From: Trichoplax adhaerens
Taxonomy: Eukaryota > Animalia > Placozoa
Direction of reading: 5' to 3'
Assembly (NCBI RefSeq): GCF_000150275.1
Contig: NW_002060959.1
Span: forward strand, 866,371 to 930,370
DNA length: 64,000 nucleotides
The stretch's first letter is position 1. Each line of letters begins with the position of its first letter. Below the pieces are notes generated by a model that searched no databases, was not told where the DNA came from, and was given only the letters and a program-made list of their open reading frames with translations. The position numbers and the translations under genes were made by a program. Of the stretch, positions 50,451 through 64,000 are shown one piece after another.

Positions 50451-53400
50451 AGATATTTTCTTGTAGATATCTGTCGATCGATTACTACTTAGTCCGCGCG
50501 ACAAAGTAAGGATTATCATACGGAATTACTGCACGATGCTTATTTTAGCGCTAATAATGGTCGATACTTTATGATCATGGCGTAAAGGAGTCGTGATGCC
50601 TATCCTTTACGTATTAACTGTATCCATATGTTGATTTTGCTCATGTTTTATCATCATTATCATGACCTACAACAGACTACAATTCATTGGAGTATATTGA
50701 AATGATGAAGTAGATTGGGAATTATCTATTGTGCATAGCCAACAATCAACGATATTCTACTCTATATGTAATTAACTAGCGATACATCATCTGGATGCAA
50801 AAGTAGCAAGATATAAACAAGGCAACAAGATATCTACAGCACTTCAAGTCAGTACAAAGATATTGACATAATTTTAAGGCATGATGATGAAAAGATGGAT
50901 AAAAAATGTTACTATTTAATGGTATCATGGGAAACTTTATCAAGATTAATGATATCGACGAGTATTGGCATATAAGAATAAGTCAATATTGGTTGAGCTG
51001 CTTGCGTATTATTTACCATTTTCATATCCCAACTTCAATATTATCGTGAGATCATTTCCTGATATGGAATTACACTGTCATCCATGTGCAATACTTGGCA
51101 CTATTCAATATGGTAGTTGATTAGTCACTTTATGATGAAATTACGCCCATCCGAGTTGATTAGTGTGTTTTTAATTAATGTTGACTAAATCAAGCTGGTT
51201 GTGATTGAATTTGATGTCAAATATCTTGTTATGGCTGTAGCACGTTTGTGGTTGCATCTGCCGGTAACAATTCGCTTACTTAGTTTTTGGCTAAAAATCG
51301 ACACAAAGAGGAATGATTTCAATTCTCGTCATCGTCATATTTTACTGTAGACTATGATCGTGAAGCAGTTGGATGGGTAAAAAAGCATGTCACGAATTGG
51401 TTTTGGATATTGTCCACGCTGTTTTTTGTCTTCAATACCAGCATAACTGATGAGTGCTAGCGTATAGTCGATTGTTCATTTGCCAAGTTATTGCCGGAGT
51501 GGTATAAAGTCTTTGAATGCACATTGAAACGATAATGTGTTTACTTAGTGCAGTGATGACTGCATTTTAGAACAGTAGAGACGTGTAGAATATCTAATTG
51601 TCCATAGCGTATACAATAGTTTGTATATCGAATTTGATAGAACAAGCTCAAGCCAATGGAAAAAAAATGATTGTCTACAGGCAAGTGGATGTAGAATTTC
51701 AGGCGTAAATGAACGTATACGATGGATGGACAATAGGTTGTCGTGGAAACTCTTTTGTCCCACCATTATGGCAGTTGTGTACAATACTGTCAAATAGGTG
51801 AGGAGAGAGTTTTTATCCAGCATTGAATTTTGCCAAGTTTTGTTTATCTAGTTGTGACTTTGCTGGCAGTTGGTGTGGTGAAATGTTTGATTGGTGTTAT
51901 TCCTCTTTATGTAAACAGTCTATTGCACAGATGTAACTGAACTAATTCGAATTTGTAGTTTATTTAGAGTGGGGAACATGACTGTTTGACAAGGCTAGCT
52001 TGCATAATGTAGTTATCGATGAGTTGGATAGGGTAATTTTGAACTTATAACACCTAGAATGATTGAAAAGTAGAGGGAAGAAAATGCAGGCTAGTGCAGA
52101 ACTAACCCACCAACCGACCAAGGCTTGAAGAGAAGGAGGCCGGTGTCGCTTGGTCGCACTCTGTCATCTTGAAAACGTTCCATTTGAATGAGGATTCTAT
52201 CTCAACACATTGCACGGATCCAATCTAATGGATTGGATCTCGGGATCTCGAACCTACTACAACTCATGAATTAAAAAGTAATTTCAACACGAATGATGGA
52301 TGCAAGTAGAGCTGGTGCACAACTTGGAAGATCTTGTTGACTTTCAACTATGGATTAGCAGCTTGAAGCAACATTGGATTCCATAGTAACGCTAAGACTG
52401 CTCTGTGACATGAGTATGCGCTATGTTGGTGGCCATACTGAGCATGACAGTCGATGATGTGGGTCACGTCCCGTTGGACACAACCGTCAGCGACGGTCAA
52501 CCTGACGATCTCTCGATTCCACAGTGCGCAGCGTCCTGACACTGTAGACGCAGTGTCCAGTACTGTACTGATCACAGTTTACAGAAGGAAAACTACTGTA
52601 CTGTATTGTACAGTCCGGTACTGTACACTGTGCAGTACGGTACGAGTTTTGCCTTTCATTGACGCAGCCAAGTTGACTGCTACCACTACACTCGCCCTTC
52701 GCCTCAACCACGTAGTCGACGTATAAGCTTGACTGGTTGCAATCACTCAGCCACAATCACTTCAACCAAGCAAGCCAACATCACTGTCAACGACGCCGCC
52801 TTCAACCATTTTGCCAGGTCACACCAAGATATGACGCCAAAACGCTTGACACGCTGCTGACAACGTCGTCACTCATCGTCACCCGATCACTGCCACTTCC
52901 AGCATTTTCCTCTTGCAGTCAAAGAAGCAAATCCGCCATTGCTCTTTCCATTGGAGAAAGAAGAGAAAGAAGGTCAGAAAAAAAAAAATGGATGGCCACT
53001 GTAGATAGAATGTGTTGGATGACGCCCTATGTTTGTTGTTGAATATTTTTTCTTTTAATGGATTTTTGCCGACCTTCTTTTCTTGCGGTTATTTTCTATT
53101 TAGGCAGAAGCAATCACCACTTGGACCAGTTGGAAGCCAGAGAAATATTGACACATTTTCAATCACTTCATGACTGACTGCTTACTGCAGTCAAAAGGCT
53201 CCCCTGTCGCTTGTTGAACAATCGCTTTTGTTCCATCTTGACGTACAAGGCTTGAAAAAATTAAAGTTGAAAAGCTTTGACCTATTCAATTGCTCAACAA
53301 TCTTTTCATCCAACTCAATCTATCACCGATATTCAACGGGTATCATCGTCGATATTGCTGGAGGGGATATACTCGTCACAAGCCAAGCGATCGATCTCCC

Positions 53401-53690
53401 TCCCCCCTCCCCCACCTCCCTTTCCTAAACTTTCACCGTTTCATTGCTTCGTTTCCCGTCTTCCTTAATCCCAACGTCTAACCATCATCCTTGACTGGTA
53501 AAATAACAAAAGATTCTAAATCAGCTTCAATTGGCATCGATTTGCAATTGCTTTCTCTAGGGATTGACTTATAGCCTCTATTCCAACACAACACGGATAG
53601 AGTCATCGTGTAATTCTAGTTTGGCTCGAGCGTTCATTTCCCCCCCCCCCCCAAAAGGCAATCACTACTCGCTAATCATACCAAATCACC

Positions 53691-56600
53691 ATGTCAATTT
53701 TAGCCGTCACAGCCAATGTTGGATCCATCTTTGAAGATGTAAGTTGCATCGGTGCTTTCTTATTACTGTCTATGTAAGAATGTTTTCATGTTGGATTATT
53801 TTTCTTCTCTCTCTTTCTCATTATTTTTTTTTTCTGTCTCTCTCTCTTTGGCTTTTCTCTTCAAGTCTTTTCATTTGCAAATGCATTTTCTACCACCTTT
53901 TTTTCAATGCCCCTTATTCAAATGTGCAAATTGCTGTCATTGAACGTGCAATGGAGACGTAGTGATAAAGAGAGAGAGAGAGTGAGAGAGCGAAAGAGAT
54001 CAGTAGATAGCTAAAATACATCGTTCATCGTTATCGTTGAGTCATAAAATGATAAAATAGACTAGGATTTTCTACCTAGTACCTTGGATAGCGATCTCGT
54101 CCTTCTTCTTCAGCTTATTTCTATGCCAATGTTCACTTATTAATGGTAATAGCGTTTCTTACTGTATAAAAATTCAATCTTAATTCCATCAGTGATAGCA
54201 ATCAGGATGATAATTTAGAAAACGATTGTTCCATCGATTACTTTTGCATCAGTAATGAAGGTATCCTGTATCCTTCAACAGTCCTATACAGCAGTAGAAA
54301 AGTTTACTCGTTAATAGGCATCAATCATGCTGAGCGATTTGCAGTACTTCAATGGATATAATACGCCTATAAATAAGTAGTAGATAGTTGATGCACATGT
54401 AGCAGAAACAAGTTATGGCCTGACTGAGCTACGAATGGAAAAATCAATATACAAACTCGCTTTAAAATTTAGACTTGTTCACGTTTCCACTAAATTATTC
54501 AAAATATTTCAATATCTCTCATACAAGCACAGCACATCCATTTTGAATTCAATGGCCTAATGATGTTAGATTGCATTTCCTTTTTCATCGAGAGCAATCT
54601 ATCCATATCTTTGTCGATGACGAGCACTATCAACCGTCTTGACACTGATCTCTTACCACATAGTCAATTGTAGTACTGTAAAATACTTTCAAGATGGATA
54701 ATACATACTTTACTCCAACAACACCAAATGAATGCATCGACAACACTATAAAATTCTCCGTTCCCTTCTTGCATGTGAACGGAAAAATGTCTGTACTCAT
54801 CTATTTAAACCTATTATTGATTATCCACCATTTAGTCAGCCGACCATGATTTTACAACGTCAATACAGATCAATTCACAAGTGCCGTATGATTGAAAATT
54901 TCTCTATCAATCCATTCCATTAAAAGTGGATTACAATGTATCATTGGATTATAATTATTCATCATGATTGGACATGAATATTTAAAATGTAATCTCTTGT
55001 ACCTTGAAAATCAATCCATCACCCACCTTGAACTTTTTGACCGAATGATTTCAAGTCTTCAGTGAGACGTATTGCAGTCGTTCTTTCTCTCTCCCTTTTT
55101 CCATATCGCCTAATATCCATGCAAGCTATTTTTCTCCTGCTTCTCCCTCTTGTTGTACTGTATTGTCAATTATTTTTCATGTTCTACTTGTAATCCATCA
55201 TTCTATCGTTATCGATCTTTCTCTTCAACTCTTTTGTTCTTACCAATCGCAACTAATGGGCTTTTATTGCTTAACTTGAGCACCATTGAATCATTTTGAC
55301 CTTTTTTCATCGACTAAAAATCATCTACAGTATATTATAATTATTGTTACTTTGACCGAACCCATTGAAGCCTTGATATCATCAACTACTTCAACATTTG
55401 TTTATACATATTGATTTGCTTTCCTCCCACTCTTTTTTACGCCGTACACGTTTTTTTGGAACATTTGCTTTTCACTTTCTACGTAGTACTGTAGAATAGA
55501 CTAATTTTGTTTTCATATTCGAATGGAGTCTTTCTCCCTTGTTGTTATCTAAATGGCTATGACTTTATTAAATTCAAATAATCATTTTATTGTTCTTTGT
55601 TCAAAGCCCGACAAAATGCTCAAGGTCTGGATCGATGAATTTCTACAGGTAAGCAGCCGCCATGTTGAAGTAGGAATGTCAACAAGATACTACTACATGT
55701 ACATCGAACTCGATGAATTCCATAGCAGTATTAGAGACCTTTTATACTATTGTACTTTATTTTTCTGGCATGCGGGCAGAAGATTGATAAACATCTATAA
55801 AATCGCAGTTGATAACAAAAAAAAATACTCATTTGTCCACTAGCATACTATTGTATTTGTACGCGTATACTGTATAGTATATCCTTTATGGAAAGTAACC
55901 TATCCTGTATCAACGAGTGTGCAGGCTTACGGCCTTGAACAATTAACTTTACACTAACATAATTTTAAAAAATTATTATTATTACAATGAGTTAACAGTT
56001 TAATTCCTATCTCGTCTCTACCAACTTACTACTGTATTTTAGTGAGCATAATACTCCAATCATTCTCTATAGTGCTAAGGAAAATGCATGCATGAAACGG
56101 GAAGAATAGTTATACTGTACCGTCTGTTGATAAACCATGTTGGAATTGCTATTTTCTCAACGCTAGACCACCTCTAGTTCGATCGCAGTCGTGCAGTACA
56201 CCAAGTCAATGAATTTATCTTTCTTTATTATCAATTATCTATCGGATATTTAGCTAGAAAAGTCGAATATAAGAAAGTATTACTGTAGTTGTTGTATTAT
56301 ACAAAAAAAATCACAGCAGTAGCTGTTCACGGCTATAAATTTTTTTTCCCTGACATACGATAAAATATCCAATCTTGTAATCAGTAGCAACGATGATTAT
56401 TCATACCGCTTATTGATCTCTCCTAGACTATAATACAATACTATCACAATGTATAAAATAGAAAACAGTAGAAATGGAATGTACTGTGAAGACATCTGGT
56501 TTTGGTGGAACTCAGTAGAATTTATCTATTCACTGCAACAAATGCTATAATGATGATCACGATCATTGTTTTCGAGCGCTCTATTCTACCCCTATTATAA

Positions 56601-59600
56601 TTATCGAATCGATATCCTAGTTTAATACTACAGTGCATAGTAATCAATACTGATTATACGGTATGTGTACAGTATACGTAGTTAATACTGTATATGTTAT
56701 GCAAACCAATCGAAGATAGCTTAAGTACCAATGATAAATGTTAAATCAACGCGATTACTGTGCTTGGTAAAATGTTGAGACGGCAATAATAGGTGTTTCG
56801 CCTGATCTTGATCCTATGATTGCATTTCTCAATGTGGCCTGCTGCTATTATTCTGTAATACTTAAAGTAATTGGAGAATTTTGATTGATCTTGCTTTTAT
56901 TCAAATCTTTTCATCTGTTCTATCTAGGAGATTGAACGATTAAAACCTTTGTTTGTAGCCATCCATTGTCAAGAAGTTGGTGGTAAAGTCTATGAGAAAT
57001 CGATGCAGCATGTTGATCAATTTGTCGAGTATGTCGGTATTTAGAATTGATTCAATTGAAAGACAAGATATTTAAAAGATAAAGTACATTATTTAAACCA
57101 CTGAGTTAATTCCACATGTAAAAGACTATCTTGTCAACGTTGTTATCAGCACTCATCAACACAAATCAATACTTATTTAGCCTTAAACAAGTTCATATCC
57201 CTTTTTTATAGTATTGCTTGACTGATAACATACATATGCTATCACACGCTTGATTTGTTAAATTAATATTTGAAGTATGTCTAACGTCCAGGTGTGATAG
57301 AAATCAGCAATATCTATCGCCATTTATCTTTGTTATTGCCGCCTAAAGAAAAAATCAACAATAGTTCAGATTGTTTGACTAGATTTCCTGTAGGAATTGT
57401 TTTATAATTATGCAGATATATCTATATGTATCATACATTTATAAATATACGAGTACTTAACGAAGATATTTATACAACATGCATAGTGTGATGATATCAA
57501 GTTGAATATTAATTATCAATGCGCTTCCTTTAACATGACGTCATGGGGAATTGTTTTATTTTAGGACAGACAATTTCCCATTTGATTTATAGTTAATTGT
57601 TTATTGATCCCTTGGACGATATCACGGTTAACTATCATTGAATTTTTTAGAGTTGTCCATGTAGTCATTTATTTTGATGTTTTATGCATACCGTATCAGA
57701 GATATTTCATGCTTACTGTTAAAGCGTTAAATTAACTCTATCATCTTAGTTTAATGTACGACTGTCGAAATCATCGAACGTGGACACAATTTATTTTTGT
57801 ACAGTTGTTAATAGTTGGTACTACAGCCTGGCAAGTCAGTATGAATTGAAGATACTGATCATTAAAAACAATTGGGACTACTTATTTTACTAATTAATGC
57901 TACGTATAATAATGAGAATAGGAGTAATGCAGATAGAATTTGCCACACCCAAGTTAAGAATGACGCCTGAATTAAGCAATTCCTTCTCATACTCTTTTGT
58001 AGTGAAATTTTCAGTAATCGTTTTGTTGCACACCTACAAATATTTGCACCTTAGGCTACCGCTTGAGTAAAATATGAAGTTAAATGGATGCAAGGACAAC
58101 GTTACCCAGTAGTTATTACATTTAAAATTAACAACTCCCTAGATTGAGTAATTTTAGCTAAAGTGGCTTGTAAGCTCAAAGTATAGAAGATGACGATCCT
58201 ACAATATTAATGATGACATTTTATAAGTGTATTATAATAGGGAGAATTAAATTGTAATTTTCGATGGCATTCCGCTACTGCCGACCTCGCGCTTATGTCA
58301 TTAATCATATCACTGTCATTGCCAATAGCGTCTTTGGAAACTTACAAAAATTATCAATAAGTTGGCCATTTTTGTTACCACTGTCTTAATGAATTGAACT
58401 GCTAAACTCCATGAAGCTCTCGATTTCTTGTTCATTAGGTTATCCTTTTGATGTTTTTTTACCTACAGTTACATGCTCGTAATTAAATACAATCTTTGTG
58501 ATTAGCCAGCTGCTGTCAGTTGAATGACAATGCTGCACCAATTATCCCGTGATTGTTCTGTACTATACTTTATATTTGGTATACTTTTACTATCTGAGTC
58601 ATAATAAGTAATAAACCCTACTATCCGTGAAGCGATTAAATTGGCAATATGATTATTATTAAAAGCCTGCATTACAACGTATTAATTAACTGCCGAGGCG
58701 GACATTGTTTATTAACCTAAAATCTATTGATAAAATTCATGTCGAATGTTACTGGTTATATAGATATACTGTTGGTTATTTTCACGTGTAAATTGAAATT
58801 AAGTTTCTGTCATAAGTTTCATAAAGCGTAGTAGTACGAGCGATAGCGGTTATAATTCACTTTTTGTTTATTGGATTAGATTTGTTTAATATGTACGTCA
58901 TAATAACGACTTTAAACTTTGCAGACAACTAGGACGAAGTGAACGTATTAAGGATTACGACAGAAGTCTATTTGTTCTAGACGAAAATTTCGAAGATTTA
59001 ACAAAATTTACGGTAAGTCTTATATCTTGTATGCAATCTCCTTCAAAGATAAAAATAAATCAGTTTTTAATCGTTTTATTGGGAAGATAATCGATCAATA
59101 AATGTAGAATAGATCGATTAATTAAGCAGTTATATTACATATAGCACACCGTTTCGTGTATATAGTCTACCTATTAGTTATGCAATTTCTCCTTCATGAA
59201 ATATAAATACAGCTTTTATTGCTTGCATTATTAGGAATATTTCTTAATCTATGATTACAACTTTATGTGTACAATATTTGATACCTTAGTTGATGTAAGT
59301 GTTGTTTAATTAATCTATTTCATAAATACTTTACCAATGATGTAGGCTTTAGGTAATATCTACTTACTGCATGAATCATTAACCGATGCAGAGGTTTGGA
59401 ATTTTAAAAGTAAGTGTTGGATTTGAATTGATTGATGAAATGCAGACACAAATAATAATGGAAAATTTAATCTGTAGTAAGATGCATTTCGTCATCATAT
59501 TTGGTAAATTAAATCAATGTGTATTTATAAGTGATATTATATCAGCAGCGACTGTTACATCTGCCGTACTTTGTTATAATTCTAATAAATAAGCAAGAAT

Positions 59601-62600
59601 AGATCTTCATTCAGAGTAAATCGAGCTCTCATTGTACGTTGTACCGGGGACTACAACGAGAGAAAATATTTTCTCCTATTTTTAGTAGTCCCTGCTTGCA
59701 CTGGCAAATGTGGAACTCTTCTTTGAATCGTTTTTATACTTCGTGATGTCCTACTAGAAAGAATTAGATTATTTTACTAATATAATTACTGATATAATAT
59801 GCTCAATCTGGCACGATAAATTTCTTTTCGTATTTGTAGGCGAACAATTTAAAAAAATTGAGGGATTAAACGTAAGTGATTGTCTGTGAACAGTAGTTGT
59901 ACGGATATAATTACAAGTTAATAATAGGAGTGTTACAGTTTCAGTGCGTAATAGCCCATGTTAATGACTAAAGAATCATGTAGAGTATATGTTGTATAGC
60001 ATAAACAAGAAAATTAATTATTGTAGTGTACTATAGATTAAATAATACCCTTTCGATGTTGATCATCTTCAGCGAAACACCCTTGAATTTTTATTGGATA
60101 GATAGAATAGATATCTTAGCTTGCTTACTTGACTACGCGCAAAAAATAATTTTGCTATAAATGATGATCGATATAATACTGTATATATATATATTGGCAG
60201 GTACATACTAAAAACTTGCAAGATGTCCAAATTATTCAAAAAGTGAGATTTCCAGATGAATATTATAAGCAAGTAAGCTAAAATAGATTTGTTTAATGGC
60301 TGGATTACTCGGTTTTTTTACGCATTAATATCATCATCAAATGTGTATTATAGCAACTCACGCTAGTTATTACAACATCGAAATAAAACGTGTTGAAGCA
60401 ACAACACTTTGAACTTGCAGTCTTTTAAGAATTCCATTTTTTTTGTTATTTAAGACTACATGGACGAGGAAAGGCTATATGAGACTGAGATGGAAAATTG
60501 GCAATTTGTAGGTTTCTTACTTGCTAATTCATACATTAACTCACTGATACTTATCATTAAAATTGTAATTTTTTTAATATAACATCTTAATTAATGAATA
60601 CTTGAAAATGTTAATGGTTGGTATTTCTTTGATTTGGTATCTCTATAGAAATATAGACTTTGTCAATGTTCACCTATTTCATGATGCTAGCAATCTGACA
60701 GCATACGAGGAAGTAAGTTATTGCAGGAGTTACTGAGTTGCTGCTATCTTTCATATAGTAATTACAATTCTACTTCTGTAACTGTCATTGCGCGATCGGG
60801 AATTATTCGTCATTTAAATATCATTTAATCATGGAAATTATCTACGTTATTGTTCTAGTCCCCTTCTACCTTTAGTTATAGTCGAAGGCGCGCCCTCGAA
60901 CAGATATTAAACGGGTATTTTAAATCATGTCAGATACGAAATTTTAGCGTTACTCGATAATGACTAATTTCTTGTGTAACTATTTTAGATTTGAAAGTGA
61001 TAATCTTCCGGATGCTCCTCTATTCATTTTCGGCGATTTCAATTTTAGACTTGATTTACGTTCCGTAGTTGACGTAAGCTAATTAATTAAAGCAAATGTT
61101 CACATGTTTGTTTAAATCGACGAAATTTATTATATGATCTGTATCGTATTTAGATTTTATGTCCACCTGAGGAAGATCGCTACTCAAAGAAGAAAACGAA
61201 AGAAAAATTGGTATTTAGAGATGTTGATAACAGTGATGAGGTATGAAAATTTGCGTTTGTGGTTATTTTTCACAGATAGTCAATGCTGTTATAGTTACAT
61301 TAATATTACTTGATACAGGCTGTCCTTACCATCGAAAAGAAAGTTTTTGATTATGGTGATCATAGTGTTTTTTATAAAAATAATGGAGAAAAGGTGAGCT
61401 GATAGTTGCAAGTACTAATTATTGCAGCGGAGCTTATCAATCATCTTTAATTAACATTGCGATCGTAGTTCGATGTCATTTCTTTAATACAATGCACCAT
61501 AATGCATTGTAAATTATTATTCGCAGATGCGGGAATGTGATCGTGAAGCGGATTATTTCAAGGATAGACTATCAGAATGCCCTCGTAATTTTCCTCCAAG
61601 GTAATAGCTAACTTGTAATATTTTCTTAGCGTCCAAGCTGTAAGTGCAGTACTCAATATACATTTACTTTACCTCTTAAATTTACATTAATAGCTATCCT
61701 TATTGCGAGGATGTTGCTGCCGGTACGACATATATGAAAACAAGGTTAGCGTCTTAAAAATGTTGTGTAAGTAATCGCTGACGGAGACTTGCTGCTAATG
61801 TCTGAAAATATTTCGGTACTCTTTAGATGTCCTGCATGGTGCGACAGGATACTCTTGAATAATGCCGCAGTACCCCTTGTAAAGGTTTGCATCATAAAAT
61901 TAACTTTACTTCTTTTCTTTATTTAATCAGTGGCTCATGTAATTGGCTTGAATTATTTATTCTAGCATAACAGCAAGTCAACGTACACATATGATGTCAT
62001 AGGTAAAGACGTTTGCATGGGCGATCATAAGGTAATTTACTTGATATTGTTTATACTTAATTTGGTATTATTACAATTTCGATGAGTAAATGGACACTCG
62101 CTCTATTGATCTATTTAGCCTGTCTGCCTTCACTTTAAGCTGCCCAGCGGTTGGCGAGATCCTAATAATGGTAGCAGCAACAACAACAGTAACCCAGGAG
62201 GTGAGATTTAAATACTATTTATAGCTAACTCTGTCTGTATTTGTTACTTTACTGTAGTCAAATCAATTAGTTGTCGGTACAATTAATGCATTCAATGCCA
62301 AAATGTTATTTAGCAGCAATTTCTAACTAATTTCGTTGAAGCAAGTATTTATTACTACTAGTAATGCATTAGCTTGAAAATCTCGTAATATTTAATGCTT
62401 CTAGCATGTCTTATAACCGTCTAACTTCATGCTCCACACAACCCTTCAATTGGTAATTGCTTTCATTCTTTCTTTTTAACTAATCGCTTGCAGACAGTTA
62501 AAGCTACTGCTATAACACTCTATAGTCTACTTGACTTCCTAGTTTGGTCGCCCATCAATCGTTTAAACTGTCTAGCAATGCATCTTGCAACTATAAGGCT

Positions 62601-63713
62601 GCTATAACATCAAGTAGTATACGCTAATAGGCTACCTGCAACGCTAACTATGGTCAACAATCGATTATTGACCATTGCGTTTCTTATTGAATGTTAATGG
62701 TTTCTTCATCTTCTTCCCAATTGGTATACGTGCCCACACTAGTTGCTATAGTAGCTTAGATTAGTCCGTGTAATAATATTTTTACTTACTATTTTATTTT
62801 TTGTACACGAGCTAAACTAACATCATTCGTGGCAATAAGTTATTTCTGCAATGGTAGCACGCGAAATCGTTTTAAATTCTTCTGTAATAAACCTGTCGCA
62901 GACTGCACATATGCATATAAATAGATAGGAGGCCTTCTACGAAATTCTAAAAATTTTAATTAGTTAAGATTAGATTCGGATCACTTATTTAAATTTTACT
63001 GAACTCGACGATTAGCAGATCTTAGCTAAATTTAGAAATGTAAATAGATATAGATGAGAAATTCGGTCATCCTAAAACAATTTGCTAAAATTGTTAATGG
63101 TATTTATGTAATCTGTCGATTAATTTATCATGCTTGTTTCTAATTAATGATATTCTACATATATTAAAATTCTATAGCATACGTTTAAGATTTTAACTAT
63201 ATTCCTTTAGAGTGATTTATAAAATTTTCGCCCAAAGATGGTTTACTTATTACGTTAATAGTAATCTACGTAGATATAAAGTTTTGAATATCTTTATTGC
63301 GTTAAATTTTTAATAATTACATTATCGATGAACATGTGTGATTTAAATGTAACATTTCTGATTTTTGGTAGCGTAGGTATTTAAAGTAATACTATTGAAT
63401 GATATGGCATTAAAGTCTCTTATAAAATTGTAGCTTTTGTTGGATTTGACCAATCTCTGACTTCTTACTTAATGACCTATTAAATGTCCTCCCTTATTGT
63501 ATGTAGTAGCTTACGCTAACTAGAGCATCATATGCTAAGACAGTTACCCCTTCTAATCTTACTGCATTACAGTTTCATTAATGATTACTGAGCCACCCAG
63601 CCCTAAGGATTCCTACAATGTATGTATTAACCTGCTGATTTTTTCTATCGTACATTCACGTAGTATTGGCAGATGGTGATAATGAATGCTTAAACTGTTG
63701 TGTAATCTCATAA
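53691..63713 (+). CDS. INPP5A: Type I inositol-1,4,5-trisphosphate 5-phosphatase; many exons
   Basis: Exon 53691-53738 encodes MSILAVTANVGSIFED. Later exons encode PDKMLKVWIDEFLQ, FVAIHCQEVGGKVYEKSMQHVDQFV, ALGNIYLLHESL, WTRKGYMRLRW, FVNVHLFHDASNL, LFIFGDFNFRLD, FPPSYPY, RCPAWCDRILL and GKDVCMGDHKPV. The last exon, 63673-63713, encodes DGDNECLNCCVIS* (CAAX). Confidence 0.95.
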
Positions 63714-64000
63714 TGGATCGGCGTATATTTGGACTGCAACTCGGTCTTGTTAACGATATAAGTGCAGATAGCATCAATTGCAATTGCCCACCTTGAAATT
63801 AATTCATTTCGACATTTAAAAGTTGATCTTCCATGTACTCGAATTTAACTGGTATGATGCTAGGACGGGAGCCGATATCGTTAACTCACACCTCGAAATT
63901 ATGGAAAAGGTGTAGAGGATGTTGCCGTGGTACCCTTGATCTAGATAAATTTGTATTGTTTTTGACTATAAATTTAAAAATTAACAACAGCATTGAGCGA

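Noticed and set aside
52348-53962. Cluster of short ORFs upstream of and around INPP5A exon 1
   Set aside because: They fall in GC-richer promoter/5' UTR or low-complexity intron sequence; the only supported coding part is 53691-53738.

Overview
AT-rich eukaryotic (animal) genomic DNA with many short GT-AG introns, so the supplied single-exon ORF track is mostly uninformative. The compact intron-rich layout and gene content suggest an early-branching metazoan such as the placozoan Trichoplax; this is inference, not shown. Splicing exons by eye gives seven recognisable genes. In order they are a LIV-1/ZIP13-like zinc transporter (+), YKT6 (-), ARMH3/C10orf76 (+), two tandem GPAT3/4-type acyltransferases (+), an intronless complexin (-) and INPP5A (+). 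A possible unidentified spliced gene fragment lies at the left edge. The most striking non-coding feature is a GC-rich, hairpin-rich array of 17 higher-order repeat units between the divergent YKT6 and ARMH3 genes. It is interrupted by a 355-bp element flanked by a 15-bp duplication. Motifs from that element (CTGTACAG/TACTGTAC, CGTCC(C)GTTGGAC) recur upstream of the second GPAT and of INPP5A, and strand composition appears to flip around the YKT6/ARMH3 and INPP5A sites. Other notable points: the complexin ends in a cysteine string instead of a CAAX box, the ZIP13 loop carries an expanded NG[HY][ST] repeat, one GPAT copy shows an intron-deleting exon fusion, and the other has a GC-AG intron inside the FPEGT motif. 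No bacterial-type features (CRISPR, operons, rRNA or tRNA) were found.
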